A stretch of DNA of 64,000 bases from Pseudomonadota bacterium (lineage in GTDB: Bacteria > Pseudomonadota > Alphaproteobacteria > Rickettsiales > UBA1997): assembly GCA_018970485.1 (NCBI GenBank), contig JAGWWH010000002.1, forward strand, positions 2,465 through 66,464, in the 5' to 3' direction. How positions within the stretch are numbered: position 1 is the first letter of the stretch; each line of letters begins with the position of its first letter. The notes under the pieces are model-generated. The model had not been told where the DNA came from, did not search any database, and saw only the letters and a program-made list of their open reading frames with translations. Made by a program: the position numbers and the translations under genes. Below, in pieces: positions 19,437 through 28,419 of this stretch.

Positions 19437-20356
19437 TCGCAGCGCGCAGTTTTTACCAAAAATTCAACGATCTCTTCAAAGGAAATTCCGACATATTTAG
19501 CGATTTTTGGTACTAAAGAAGTTGCGGTGAATCCGGGGTGAGTATTGGTTTCGAGTAAATAAAATTGGTCATCACCACCATCTTTATTATTCAAAATAAA
19601 ATCGATTCTACTGACACCGCGACAACCAACAATTTTATGGCAGCGCTCTGCCAAATCCAAAACTTCTGCATATTTTTCAGGCCTGATTTCAGCTGGCATT
19701 ACGTAGTCAGTCATGCCAGCAGTATATTTACATTTGTAGTCGTAGAACAAGCCGTGCGGCCTTATTTCAATTGCTCCTAGAGCTTTATTATCCATCACTG
19801 CAACTTGGATTTCTTGTCCGGCCAAATATTTTTCGACAATGATTTCATCGCCATATTTCCACTCATATTTGGCGAAATCGAACTGGTTACTTGGCAAAAT
19901 AACTTCAACACCAACCGAAGATCCTTCGTTGATTGGCTTGATCACAAAAGGCTTTCCGACAGAAAAAATTTTTTCTTTATTTTTAGCATCTTCACCTTTT
20001 TTGAGAATTTCGTAATGTGGAGATTTTACACCAACAGTTGCAGAAATTTTTCTCGTCAAAACCTTATCCATGCAAATTGCCGAAGCGATAATTCCGGAGT
20101 GAGTGTAGGGAATTTGTAAAATATCGAAAACACCCTGAACTCGTCCATCCTCGCCGTATTGGCCGTGAAGAGCGTTAAAAACCAGATCGGGTTTTATTTC
20201 TTGTAACTGCTCAAAAATTTTGCGCGAGAAATCGATTTTAGTCGCCTTGTATCCCAATTTAATTAGAGCCTCAAAAACCGCTTCGCCAGAACGCAAAGAA
20301 ACTTCGCGCTCAGAATTCCAGCCGCCCATGAGCACAGCGACATGTTTATTTTTCAT
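19433..20356 (-). CDS. ddl: D-alanine--D-alanine ligase
   Basis: ATP-grasp Ddl motifs are VAVLMGGWNSEREVSLRSG, ALHGQYGEDGRVQG and LLETNTHPGFT. The track ORF extends to 20419, but MKNKHVAVLMGG at 20356 matches the usual N-terminus. Confidence 0.9.
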   Translation of the reverse strand: MKNKHVAVLMGGWNSEREVSLRSGEAVFEALIKLGYKATKIDFSRKIFEQLQEIKPDLVFNALHGQYGEDGRVQGVFDILQIPYTHSGIIASAICMDKVLTRKISATVGVKSPHYEILKKGEDAKNKEKIFSVGKPFVIKPINEGSSVGVEVILPSNQFDFAKYEWKYGDEIIVEKYLAGQEIQVAVMDNKALGAIEIRPHGLFYDYKCKYTAGMTDYVMPAEIRPEKYAEVLDLAERCHKIVGCRGVSRIDFILNNKDGGDDQFYLLETNTHPGFTATSLVPKIAKYVGISFEEIVEFLVKTARCE

Positions 20357-20669
20357 TATTTTTATTGTCTTTTTTATTGGATATTGCTGTCGCCTTTTTG
20401 GCATCTTCGGCGATCGCACTTGCTGACCTAAGCTCTGCGATCACATATTCACAAAGATCCTCGAAAGGAACGCGATTTCTTTCTGAAATATCCACAAGTT
20501 TAGCGAAAGATTTCATGATCTGTGGCGGGACTAAAACGCGCTTAGTTGTTGAGAGCCATTTAGCTTGAAAAGCCAGCGGATGAGAGCCGATAGCGGGATC
20601 TCCAACATAAAGATCAACCGGAATCTCTTGATCACCAAAATTGCACTTCGCGGTAAATTTTTTTGGCAT
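20346..20669 (-). CDS. small conserved hypothetical protein (possibly DUF2610-like)
   Basis: 107 aa: MPKKFTAKCNFGDQEIPVDLYVGDPAIGSHPLAFQAKWL...VPFEDLCEYV. It recalls a small family conserved in intracellular proteobacteria (from memory). It is packed between the giant ORF (9-nt gap) and ddl (overlap). Confidence 0.5.
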   Translation of the reverse strand: MPKKFTAKCNFGDQEIPVDLYVGDPAIGSHPLAFQAKWLSTTKRVLVPPQIMKSFAKLVDISERNRVPFEDLCEYVIAELRSASAIAEDAKKATAISNKKDNKNNEK

Positions 20670-20678
20670 AATTTTTGT

Positions 20679-23600
20679 TTATTCTGTCGAGTATTTTTTT
20701 GCGAATTTCTCTAAATCCTCAAGACTCCTCGCCTTTGTAAAAGCAGACTTAATATTTTCTGAATTATTTCCAGAAGCTCTTGCCTCAATTTCTTTAGCTC
20801 GATTAATTGTGCCACGCGCCTCATCAATCTTTGCTCCAAGCGCCTCTTGATTGGAAATTTTTGTATCGATCTGATGGACAGCCGCAGTTCTCTCCCTGAA
20901 TTCCTTCAATTCTTGGCTTTTAGCAAGACGACTCTCCTCATATCTCATTTCTGAGAAAGCACGGGAAGCCTCTTCTTCTCTTCTCTTTTTTTGATCTGGA
21001 TCAGCCAAACGTGATGCGTCTACTTTCAGTTTGTTATAGTTATCTCTTAAGCCTTTGATCTTGTTTTGTTGAGTTTTAACCGCCTGACCAGACTGATCTA
21101 AGGCAATCATCGCACTCTCCCTTGCAGCTTTAAGTACGGATAATTCTTTTGTATTTACCTCGCCAACCTTGTTGACTCTTTCTGCTAAAATATCCGCTCC
21201 TGACCTTTGAGCAGCAGCTTGTTGCTTGTATCTTTCTCTACTTTCCGACCAAGGATTCACTTCTTTTAAGAAATTACCTAAGCTTGCACTAGCTTTCTTA
21301 AGTGCCTTATAACCATCTCCAATATCTCGCCTTTCATCAATCTCTTCCAGAGTCTTTAAGTGATCAGACTTCCTCAATAAGCCAGCAGCCTTTTCTAATT
21401 TGGGAGCGGGAGGGATCGCAAATTTTTGTTCTCTTTTATTTTGGGAGGAACGTTGACCAACTAAATCTTTTTCATCTTTAGGTCTGGAGAATTCCATTCC
21501 TCCCAATCTTCCGGAGGCCGTTCCTTCTTTTTCCAACTGCTGTTTAGCATCTCTCTTCTCACTACTATCCAAACCTGATGCACTCTTCACAGAGCCAACA
21601 AAATCCATGTTTGGATCAATCATTTGAAACGGAGTATTAATAACTGACTTAGCTCCTGCTCCAATAGATCTTTTAGAGAGATAGGAAGAGAGAGTTGAAG
21701 TAGGCTCTCTGGTTGAAATTTGTCCATTAGCTAATCCTTCATTAACCTTGGCTCTTTCTTCTGGATTCATCCTCTTCATGGCTGCTCTAAGCTCACCTGT
21801 GGACGCCCTACCGCTGGTTTCTTTAGCCATTTCTCCCAAAGACTTGGTTAGAGTGTTGCTGCCTCTAAATTGTTTGTATAAGGAACCAAACACTGTCTTG
21901 GCTCCTGCGGTTTTTGGACCTTTGTTGCTCATTAGCCTTTCTATTTCTGCAGCACTGGTTACGCCACGTCTTCTCGCTTCTTGCTTCATTGCATCCTCAA
22001 CAGCTTTGACGGCTTGTTTGTCTTTTTCTGGACCATCTTCCATAAATGGATTCGCTTTTCTGAATTCTTTAGCTGCATTTTTACCCGCTTCGAGCATGGC
22101 ATTTTCATGTTCTCGATCTGAGATTCCTTTTTTCTCTTCATCGCTGCGTCTCTTATCAGCACCTCCTCCAGAATCAAAAATTTTATCATCTAAGAAACTC
22201 AAAGCCCTTCCCGCTGTCTCTCCATAAATTCTGTTTGTAACTGGATCAACAACAGCCTTTTTAAACTCTTCAGCAGTTTGCTTTATTCCCGCACTCATCT
22301 CAGTGGTTTTTAGTCCTCCGGAAATAACCGCAGCGACCTTGGTCATAAAATCAATAAATTGCTCCATCAGCGAAGCTATAACCCAAATAAATAGAATGGT
22401 GAAGATTGAAGGAATTCCTTCTGGATTACCGATATTTCCAACTTGTGAATTTGCGTTAGTCCTTGGTGGCAGTGAAGCTATCGTCCAAAAAGACATTAAA
22501 GAAATTCTGGTGATGCCCAGATTCATCACCCAAACCTCATCCCAACAAACTTTGTAACCGAGAGACATCTTGATAACTTCATACATCAGCATGTTGAAAA
22601 AGGCCAAAGTGATCAAAAGCAAAATCTGCTGCAATGAGAAGCCAATCAGTTGTTTAACCCAATTATCAAACATTTCTTTGGTTTGATTGAAGAGCATAAA
22701 AATGAAGAAGATCGGACCAACAACAAACAAGATTGAGATGAAAACCTGCGCGGTGAGATAAAGCAAAACGGCACTTGCAATGGCATACATGTAATGGATG
22801 AAACTCCACCAAATGATCAGCAAGTAGGCCCAGCCAAAAATACTGGCGAAAAGCAATGCTGAGAGTTTTTTCTGTACTGCTGGAGCGAAAAATAAATTCA
22901 GAACGTTATCGACACTCGAAAACAAAACTGATTTGTCGTAAAGATCACCAGAATCTAAGGCCTGCGAGATTTCGGGCGAATCATCAAATGATGAGGCCAT
23001 CATGAATGAAAGGTAGTCGGTTCCTTCTTTGAAAAAGCGAACGAAAAACATTTGGAACCAATCCCATCCAGTCTCTCCGACCATTAAATAAATAAATCCA
23101 ATCTTGATAACGCGATTGAAAATTTCGGCGTGATTCAGTTCGCTTACTCCCAGTAGGTATCCAACCCCATAAAATGTTAGCATTACCACCAAACAAACCG
23201 TCAAAATTGCTTTGTAGCGAGTGTCGGCGATTAGCAGTTTGTAAACTCTTTCTGCCTGACCGATCGTTGATTCATCTTCTTCCGTAGATGGATTGTCTCT
23301 CTTGCCATCCATTACCTCTAAAACTGGGGTTATTACTGAGCTAATGATGCTAGAAACTGCGACGGTGGAATCGCTTTTGACCTTAACATTAACGTAATAT
23401 TCGCCGGAATTATTGCTGTACTTACTCGCGCAGTAATATTGCTTGGCGCAGGTTCCAGGGTGATTCGAACTGTCGTCGCCCGGAGTTTCACTTGATTCAC
23501 AAGTAAGGCCAATATTGCTCGCAACGCTACTATTGTAATAAGGATTGGTGGTTTTGATTCCATCATTTGCTTCAATCAGAGTGCAGTTACCAATTTCTGG

Positions 23601-26600
23601 ATCGAGAATTTTGAAGGTTAGGCGCAGCTTCTTATTTTCGTTGTTTATGCCTTCTTTTTCGTTTTCGTTTTTATTCTTAAGAGAGGCGGCTGAGTAGTAG
23701 TTGTAAGTGTGGCAATAAAAGGTTGATCCCGCGCCAGTCTGCAAACCATTTGCAGCAAGTGTGCAATCTCCAGAAACATTAGCACTATTGACTCTGTATA
23801 GATTTCCACTGCTATCAAAGTTATAGTTACTGTCACCATATAAAGTATCTGGCAATGTACCAACCAAATCAGGGTTTGATGGGGATGAGATATTGATTAT
23901 CTGTGGCTGGTTATTTGTAGATGCGAAGTTGGGTGGTGCAGAAATGCTCTTACACAAAGAGCTATCACTATCACTTTCTTTGCAGAGCCGTACTTGCATC
24001 CACTGACCATTCTTGAAACTCAAGCTACCGGAAAAACCGATCTCAATACCGTTGCTGCCGTTATAAGATCCGGAAGGGTTTGTATTATCTGCGTAGGCAG
24101 TCCAAGCGCCGTTGTTGGTGGAATCTACAAAATTTTCTCCATCGAGAATCAAGGTTTTTATTCTCGAATCACCACTAACCGAATATGTGGTGTTGGCGTT
24201 ATAAACTTTCTTTCCTCCAACTGAAGTTTGGCCGCTATCTGAAAAACCAGAGATATTTCCATATTTGCCATTAAAGCCGCCTAGCTTTGTTGCATTCTTA
24301 GATAATTTTGAGTTCTCGAGAAAGTTCTTCACTTCCTCTATCGAATCTGGAATAGAAGGAATATTAGCAACTTTTCCGGTGTAATTTTCTAAGTCGTAAC
24401 ATTGAGCTATATTGTTGACCGTTTGAAGGGCTGGCGCTTCGCCATGAGCCAACATTAGATCTGAACAACTTCTACACTTATCCTTGGCGTTAGGATCGGT
24501 CACATTAATCAGAGCATCATTACATTCAGCTCTATCGGCTTTAGATGGGCTAGGTCGACTACAATCTCTTGCGTAATTATTGCTTGCATTTTCGGTGCAA
24601 GTGATCGTGTCGATGCACTCATTGTGAGGACAATATTGGGGCGCATTGGGATCGTAACATTCCGAAGCAATCGCCTGACATCCCAAAAGTGAACCGTTAC
24701 TTCCTAATTGCGGCGAACAGTCTGGATTGGAAACCAGCTCTAATACGCTGCCTCGGCAAAGAAGGGCTGGCCTAGGAATTATCTTCATGGCCATTCCTAC
24801 GCCACACTTTCTACTTAAAGAATTTCCAGTACTCCATACTCCTATCCAACTCTCTGGATAGAGACGAATTTTCTGACCTTTACGCACAAAAACTTGATTC
24901 GTAGTAGCCGATTCTCCGGGAGAAAATTCTGGCGAACCATTCAAGCTGGCATTAACGCTTAGTAAAGTTTGGAGAGGATCTTGCGAGGTCGAGCTGTCGC
25001 GGGTTCCATATTCATAAAAATCTGCTTCATAATAAGTTGTAGTGTCGGCATTAAAATTGGTGTGGCTTCCGGTTGGATTAATGATTCTACCCTTGATATT
25101 GCAGCTTCCACTTGCTGATCCGCTATCTCCGCCAAGTATAAAAAATCTGACAAATCCAGACTGATCCATGATCAAATCATGGTGCTTCAAAAACCTAATT
25201 CCGATCATCCTTCCGCAATTTATTCCCGCGACGTTATGAAAATTAGCGTTCTGGTTGATTACCAATTTATGTCCCGCCTCTAGATTAATTTCATCCGTCG
25301 TCCAACTATTTCCAATGCTGACAGCATTAAATTTATCAAGTTGGTTATTACTCGAATCCTTAACCGAAACAACAAGATCGTTTTCAGTTCCGCTATTACA
25401 TGATGCATCTCCAGTTAAAGACCGGAAAGAAACTGCGTAAGCATCATTGTAAGTATTTTGAATACTCACATCACCTGAAGAAATATCTCCGAGAAGAATT
25501 CCATCTTTCACCGCAACGCCGTTTATGTTTGGACATGAACCAGTGGAATCACATGTGACACCAGAAAAAGGATCAAAATCACTATCTCTCAAGCCATCTC
25601 CAGACCATCTAATAATGCCGCCGCTTTTGGTTAAGTTGGGAGATTTTGAATCAGCAGAGATTGGAAAAGCTGCGTTGGTCAAAACGTCATCAACATTGGC
25701 ATATCCAAGACTTACGTAGGAAGAATTTCCGCATGATGCTTGGAGAGGATCGGGTCCATTGTAGCTACATTTCCAAGCTTTTTCGTCAGGCAATAGAGGA
25801 ACTTTTCTGGAACCCTCTCTTTCTGTAAATTTTGTCGTATCAAAGCCGCCGTAGCCCTGTGGGTGTTTAATGGTGTAAATAACTAACTTTTTGGCCAGAT
25901 TGTAAAGATCGCTCTCAGCATTGGTTTCGCCGAGTTTCACAGTTGGCACAGTATTTGCATCACTGGCATATGCCAAACCACTAAAACTCAAAACCAGTGA
26001 TTGACCATCTCGCGCATCAAAAACTCTATTTTGCCATGTCGAATTATATGAATGTGGAATTGGATCATTCGCTTTCAAGAAAAGATCTGGATATTCCACA
26101 GAATTTCCTAACTCGACATTGCCAATAGCTCTCACAATCACTTGCGAGCCAGGCCTGATTGTTACGCCAGAATTTTGTCCACCACCTTTTTCATCAGTTG
26201 ATGTCCAAGAAGGTTCTGCGCCGGAAGAATTTGAGCTTCCTACGGAGGAAAGGCAGGATTGTATGCAGTTGTTAATACAAATATTTTGGAAGGTCGCATT
26301 ATCAAGACCTGAGCACCCTGCTGTCTCGCTGGTCATACTACCACCATTCTCATTGCCAACAGTAACTTCTCCCGTGGTTAGGCAGGATTTTATTCCGCTG
26401 CCTTGGGTAGAATCGGTTATGCTAACAGAGCTGTCGTAAGAGCAATTTTCTTGTTGAGCATTTGCACTGACCGTGACGGTTTGCGACTCATATTCACCAA
26501 AATCATCGGCATCAATACATCCAGAATCTTTACAGGAAAAAATCAAAAAAGAGGCAGCAAGAAGCAGTAAGAAACTACGTAAATTTTTCGTTAGTCTAAA

Positions 26601-26612
26601 ACTGGTTGGCAC
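20679..26612 (-). CDS. giant VirB6/TrbL-like polytopic membrane protein with Cys-rich N-terminal ectodomain and charged C-terminal tail
   Basis: Uninterrupted 1,977-codon ORF with a GTG start. The signal or lipobox-like N-terminus is LLLLAASFLIFSC. Residues about 1133-1435 carry 6-7 hydrophobic spans, including VVGPIFFIFMLFNQTKEMFDNWVKQLIGFSLQQILLL (TrbL/VirB6-like core). The flanking regions were not recognised. Confidence 0.7.
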   Translation of the reverse strand: MPTSFRLTKNLRSFLLLLAASFLIFSCKDSGCIDADDFGEYESQTVTVSANAQQENCSYDSSVSITDSTQGSGIKSCLTTGEVTVGNENGGSMTSETAGCSGLDNATFQNICINNCIQSCLSSVGSSNSSGAEPSWTSTDEKGGGQNSGVTIRPGSQVIVRAIGNVELGNSVEYPDLFLKANDPIPHSYNSTWQNRVFDARDGQSLVLSFSGLAYASDANTVPTVKLGETNAESDLYNLAKKLVIYTIKHPQGYGGFDTTKFTEREGSRKVPLLPDEKAWKCSYNGPDPLQASCGNSSYVSLGYANVDDVLTNAAFPISADSKSPNLTKSGGIIRWSGDGLRDSDFDPFSGVTCDSTGSCPNINGVAVKDGILLGDISSGDVSIQNTYNDAYAVSFRSLTGDASCNSGTENDLVVSVKDSSNNQLDKFNAVSIGNSWTTDEINLEAGHKLVINQNANFHNVAGINCGRMIGIRFLKHHDLIMDQSGFVRFFILGGDSGSASGSCNIKGRIINPTGSHTNFNADTTTYYEADFYEYGTRDSSTSQDPLQTLLSVNASLNGSPEFSPGESATTNQVFVRKGQKIRLYPESWIGVWSTGNSLSRKCGVGMAMKIIPRPALLCRGSVLELVSNPDCSPQLGSNGSLLGCQAIASECYDPNAPQYCPHNECIDTITCTENASNNYARDCSRPSPSKADRAECNDALINVTDPNAKDKCRSCSDLMLAHGEAPALQTVNNIAQCYDLENYTGKVANIPSIPDSIEEVKNFLENSKLSKNATKLGGFNGKYGNISGFSDSGQTSVGGKKVYNANTTYSVSGDSRIKTLILDGENFVDSTNNGAWTAYADNTNPSGSYNGSNGIEIGFSGSLSFKNGQWMQVRLCKESDSDSSLCKSISAPPNFASTNNQPQIINISSPSNPDLVGTLPDTLYGDSNYNFDSSGNLYRVNSANVSGDCTLAANGLQTGAGSTFYCHTYNYYSAASLKNKNENEKEGINNENKKLRLTFKILDPEIGNCTLIEANDGIKTTNPYYNSSVASNIGLTCESSETPGDDSSNHPGTCAKQYYCASKYSNNSGEYYVNVKVKSDSTVAVSSIISSVITPVLEVMDGKRDNPSTEEDESTIGQAERVYKLLIADTRYKAILTVCLVVMLTFYGVGYLLGVSELNHAEIFNRVIKIGFIYLMVGETGWDWFQMFFVRFFKEGTDYLSFMMASSFDDSPEISQALDSGDLYDKSVLFSSVDNVLNLFFAPAVQKKLSALLFASIFGWAYLLIIWWSFIHYMYAIASAVLLYLTAQVFISILFVVGPIFFIFMLFNQTKEMFDNWVKQLIGFSLQQILLLITLAFFNMLMYEVIKMSLGYKVCWDEVWVMNLGITRISLMSFWTIASLPPRTNANSQVGNIGNPEGIPSIFTILFIWVIASLMEQFIDFMTKVAAVISGGLKTTEMSAGIKQTAEEFKKAVVDPVTNRIYGETAGRALSFLDDKIFDSGGGADKRRSDEEKKGISDREHENAMLEAGKNAAKEFRKANPFMEDGPEKDKQAVKAVEDAMKQEARRRGVTSAAEIERLMSNKGPKTAGAKTVFGSLYKQFRGSNTLTKSLGEMAKETSGRASTGELRAAMKRMNPEERAKVNEGLANGQISTREPTSTLSSYLSKRSIGAGAKSVINTPFQMIDPNMDFVGSVKSASGLDSSEKRDAKQQLEKEGTASGRLGGMEFSRPKDEKDLVGQRSSQNKREQKFAIPPAPKLEKAAGLLRKSDHLKTLEEIDERRDIGDGYKALKKASASLGNFLKEVNPWSESRERYKQQAAAQRSGADILAERVNKVGEVNTKELSVLKAARESAMIALDQSGQAVKTQQNKIKGLRDNYNKLKVDASRLADPDQKKRREEEASRAFSEMRYEESRLAKSQELKEFRERTAAVHQIDTKISNQEALGAKIDEARGTINRAKEIEARASGNNSENIKSAFTKARSLEDLEKFAKKYSTE

Positions 26613-26761
26613 TAGGGGATTATTGGTCGGAGAAGTTTAAATAAATTCTGATTCTTTTCTAAAAACGCTTTGAAGTTAATCAACTACATTTCAATCGCCT
26701 AAGCCAATTTTCACATAAAGCGTGAGTGGTTTTTTGTAATCAAAAATGCACAAAATTACTT

Positions 26762-27301
26762 CTACAAAACTAAAGAATAATACTCGATCTCTTCACTCAT
26801 CGATTTCATCTCTCTTGCCACATCCGCCACCATCACCTTATTGCTCTCAAGATCTTTAATTACGATCGCGCCGGCGCCAATTTTTGCACCCTTACCAATA
26901 ACAATTGGGCCGAGAATTTTAGCGCCAGCACCAATCACAACATCGTCGCAAATTGTCGGATGACGCTTTGTCTTTTGTGTTGATCTGCCTCCCAAAGTTA
27001 CTCCTTGATAGATCGTTACATTATTGCCGATCTCGCAAGTCTCGCCAACTACCACTCCAAAGCCGTGATCAATAAAAAGATTTTTACCAATTTTAGCTTT
27101 TGGGTGAATTTCGATTCCGGTAAAAATACGACTTAAATGGGCGATTAAACGAGGTAAAACAGGGATTCCCGCCTTATCTAAAAAATGTGCAAAGCGATGA
27201 AAAAACAACGCATGCACTCCGGGATAACAAAGAATTATTTCGAGATAATTTTTTGCCGCCGGATCTTTTTGTTTTATGTTTTCGAAGAATTCGATTTTCA
27301 T
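26762..27301 (-). CDS. cysE: serine O-acetyltransferase
   Basis: Hexapeptide-repeat SAT motif [41 protein letters not shown]. The track start at 27322 is GTG inside a palindromic repeat; ATG at 27301 (MKIEFFENI) is preferred. Confidence 0.85.
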   Translation of the reverse strand: MKIEFFENIKQKDPAAKNYLEIILCYPGVHALFFHRFAHFLDKAGIPVLPRLIAHLSRIFTGIEIHPKAKIGKNLFIDHGFGVVVGETCEIGNNVTIYQGVTLGGRSTQKTKRHPTICDDVVIGAGAKILGPIVIGKGAKIGAGAIVIKDLESNKVMVADVAREMKSMSEEIEYYSLVL

Positions 27302-27323
27302 TTTAGCGAAAAATATTCTCACT

Positions 27324-27372
27324 CTTCGACAAGCTCAGAGTGACCAGAGCACTCATGCTGAGACTGTCGAAG
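27324..27372. repeat. intergenic palindromic element (CTTCGACAAGCTCAG ... CTGAGACTGTCGAAG)
   Basis: 15-bp arms at 27324-27338 and 27358-27372 are complementary at 13 of 15 positions by hand. It lies between the cysK stop and the cysE start. A possible degenerate half-copy (GCTTCGACAACTCGG) sits at about 3204-3218 between the Kir gene and aroA. Confidence 0.7.
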
Positions 27373-27385
27373 CATATTTTGAGAA

Positions 27386-28318
27386 TTAAGCATTAATATG
27401 TTCAAACAGTGGCGAAGATAAATATCTCTCGCCGCAGGATGAAACGATGAAGACGATTATTTTGTTGGCATTTTCTGGTCTCTTGGCGATTTCAAGTGCC
27501 GCATAAGCAGCTGCGCCGGAAGAAATTCCACCGAGAATTCCCTCCTTTAAAGCCATAGCCCGCGCAGTCTCAAGAGCATTATCGTTAGAAACTTGAAACA
27601 CTTCATCGATCAATTTCACGTCCAAAATCGCAGGAATAAATCCCGCGCCAATTCCCTGAATTTTATGTGGACCTGGCTGCCCTCCAGATAGAACTGGACT
27701 AGCTTCCGGCTCAACGGCGATTGCTTTAAAATTGGGATTTCTTTGTTTTAAAATCGAAGCAATACCCGTGATCGTTCCGCCAGTGCCAACGCCTGAGACC
27801 AAAATATCAATTTTACCATCTGTATCGCGCCAAATTTCTTCGGCAGTAGTTTTTTGATGAATTTCAACATTCGCTTGATTGGAAAATTGCTGTAAAATCA
27901 CCGAATCTTTAATTTCCGCATTCAGCTCTTCAGCCTTTGCAATCGCACCCTTCATGCCTTTTGCACCTTCAGTTAAAATCAATTCTGCGCCGTAAGCTTT
28001 AAGTAATTTTCTGCGCTCAAGCGACATGGTTTCGGGCATCGTTAAGATCAAACGGTAACCTTTAATCGCCGCAACAAAGGCTAAAGCAATTCCAGTATTT
28101 CCAGAAGTTGGCTCAATTAAAACCGTTTTACCCGGCACAATTAAACCCTGTTTTTCCGCCGACTCGATCATGTTAACACCAATGCGATCTTTTACCGAAT
28201 TTGCGGGATTAAAATATTCCAACTTCGCCACAACTTGTGCCTTGGAAGTATTGAGTTTATTGATTTGAACAAGGGGTGTATTGCCGATTAATTCAGCAAG
28301 ATTTTTTGCGATTTTCAT
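27386..28318 (-). CDS. cysK: cysteine synthase A (O-acetylserine sulfhydrylase)
   Basis: 310 aa. The PLP-enzyme pattern is [11 protein letters not shown] (Lys), [12 protein letters not shown] and [10 protein letters not shown]. Confidence 0.9.
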   Translation of the reverse strand: MKIAKNLAELIGNTPLVQINKLNTSKAQVVAKLEYFNPANSVKDRIGVNMIESAEKQGLIVPGKTVLIEPTSGNTGIALAFVAAIKGYRLILTMPETMSLERRKLLKAYGAELILTEGAKGMKGAIAKAEELNAEIKDSVILQQFSNQANVEIHQKTTAEEIWRDTDGKIDILVSGVGTGGTITGIASILKQRNPNFKAIAVEPEASPVLSGGQPGPHKIQGIGAGFIPAILDVKLIDEVFQVSNDNALETARAMALKEGILGGISSGAAAYAALEIAKRPENANKIIVFIVSSCGERYLSSPLFEHINA

Positions 28319-28419
28319 TTTGTGAATTCGTTAATTTAAAGAGAGATGGAGCAGCTACGAAGGAGTCTAACAACATCGCTCAGTAAAAAACGCACCCGAT
28401 TGCAAAGCGAAATTTTTCA

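Noticed and set aside
21748-22227. 159-aa ORF antisense to the giant VirB6-like gene, plus about ten further 60-106-aa ORFs on the opposite strand within 20.7-26.6 kb.
   Set aside because: They are S/L/A/P-rich low-complexity translations fully embedded antisense in a long, clearly coding frame, as expected from the K/E/A-rich codons of the real gene. There is no independent start context.
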